Shown piece after piece: positions 63,599 to 64,000 of a DNA stretch of 64,000 bases (the stretch's first letter is position 1; each line of letters starts with the position of its first letter). Origin of the DNA: Bryobacteraceae bacterium (GTDB lineage Bacteria; Acidobacteriota; Terriglobia; Bryobacterales; Bryobacteraceae). The stretch covers positions 9,965 to 73,964 of the forward strand of contig JAPWUP010000002.1 of the NCBI GenBank assembly GCA_028275505.1. Reading direction: 5' to 3'. The position numbers were made by a program, and so were the translations under genes. The notes under the pieces are model-generated. The model did no database searches, was not told where the DNA came from, and was given only the letters and a program-made list of their open reading frames with translations.

Positions 63599-63897
63599 CT
63601 CCCGTCCCCGCCGGTAATCGGCTCCCCCGAGACTATCAGGATGCCCTTTCCCGCCAACTGTTCGACCAACTCCCGGGCGTCGCTGTAGGCCTCATCGAAT
63701 CCCACGTCGTAGCGGGTGACGATGTGCTGGGCAACGATTTCGGCCAGCGGTGTCCGGCCGTCGGCGCATTCCCAGATTTCCGCCGCCACCTCGTTGAGCG
63801 TGAACAGTGAGGAGTCGGAGGCCGAAATCACGATCACCTCATCCTCCAGACGACGCCAGGCCGCGGCGGGATGTCGGGCGATGTAGACTGGATCCAT
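63595..63897 (-). CDS. PqqD-family protein (RiPP recognition element-like)
   Basis: About 100 aa. WRRLEDEVIVISASDSSLFTLNEVAAEIWECADGRTPLAEIV...DARELVEQLAGKGIL. 4-nt overlap with the rSAM gene. Confidence 0.7.
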   Translation of the reverse strand: MDPVYIARHPAAAWRRLEDEVIVISASDSSLFTLNEVAAEIWECADGRTPLAEIVAQHIVTRYDVGFDEAYSDARELVEQLAGKGILIVSGEPITGGDGR

Positions 63898-64000
63898 CAG
63901 ATCCTCTCCCACACGTCTGGCTCAGGCCGAAACTCGAGGCGGTAAACGGGGGTGGAGCGGGTGAACTGGCAAACGGCGTTCAGGACCGCTTGCACCGACT
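63897..64000 (-). CDS. C-terminal 33 codons of an upstream gene in the same operon (runs off right edge)
   Basis: The open frame ends ..TPVYRLEFRPEPDVWERI*, with TGATG overlap to the PqqD start. Confidence 0.35.
   Translation of the reverse strand, partial: SVQAVLNAVCQFTRSTPVYRLEFRPEPDVWERI

Noticed and set aside
62381-63688. 435-aa plus-strand ORF antisense to the radical SAM gene.
   Set aside because: No motifs. The minus-strand frame has CxxxCxxC, SPASM cysteines and operon-style overlaps.

Overview
GC-rich bacterial chromosomal window. I saw no rRNA, tRNA or CRISPR array. All calls come from reading the ORF translations and the DNA by eye, with no database searches. Family names are therefore motif-level recognitions, and start codons are provisional (the ORF track clearly uses GTG/TTG starts too).

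The window has four blocks.

(1) 1 to about 24.5 kb is the right-hand part of an integrated lambda-like siphovirus prophage.
- The minus strand carries a lambda-ordered head module (terS, terL, gpW, portal, S49 protease/scaffold, decoration, gpE-type capsid). It is followed by neck genes, major tail, a G/GT chaperone pair with a visible G GGA AAC -1 slip site, tape measure and the first distal tail genes.
- The plus strand carries an SNF2 helicase / VRR-NUC replication module and a terminal tyrosine integrase.
- Several morons interrupt the late operon: a HicAB pair, an antisense DUF6883/DUF4926 pair, and three small genes between terL and gpW.

(2) 24.6-29 kb is a small island.
- It holds an MNT/HEPN pair, VanZ, two coupled unknown genes, and two HicAB pairs embedded in remnants of polysaccharide genes.

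(3) 29-57 kb is one very long minus-strand Wzx/Wzy-dependent polysaccharide locus.
- Export and assembly genes: Wza, Wzc BY-kinase, Wzx, Wzy.
- Transferases: six or seven glycosyltransferases and a WecA-like initiating transferase.
- Sugar modification: a GDP-mannose-3,5-epimerase-like enzyme, a second epimerase, a DegT aminotransferase, an FAD oxidoreductase, NUDIX, an acetyltransferase, an SGNH hydrolase, and seven or eight methyltransferase genes or fragments.
- At least four genes in the locus carry lesions: two frameshifts, one in-frame TGA and one truncation.

(4) 57-64 kb holds an RHH protein, an anchored FecR-like protein, a J-domain membrane protein and a TPR protein. It ends with a PqqD / radical-SAM-SPASM / nucleotidyltransferase cassette that runs off the right edge.

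The two most unusual observations:
- The junction 'GME 3' end | hicBA | wecA' occurs three times in tandem, each time with a different HicAB pair.
- The PqqD-rSAM-nucleotidyltransferase cassette has no visible precursor gene.
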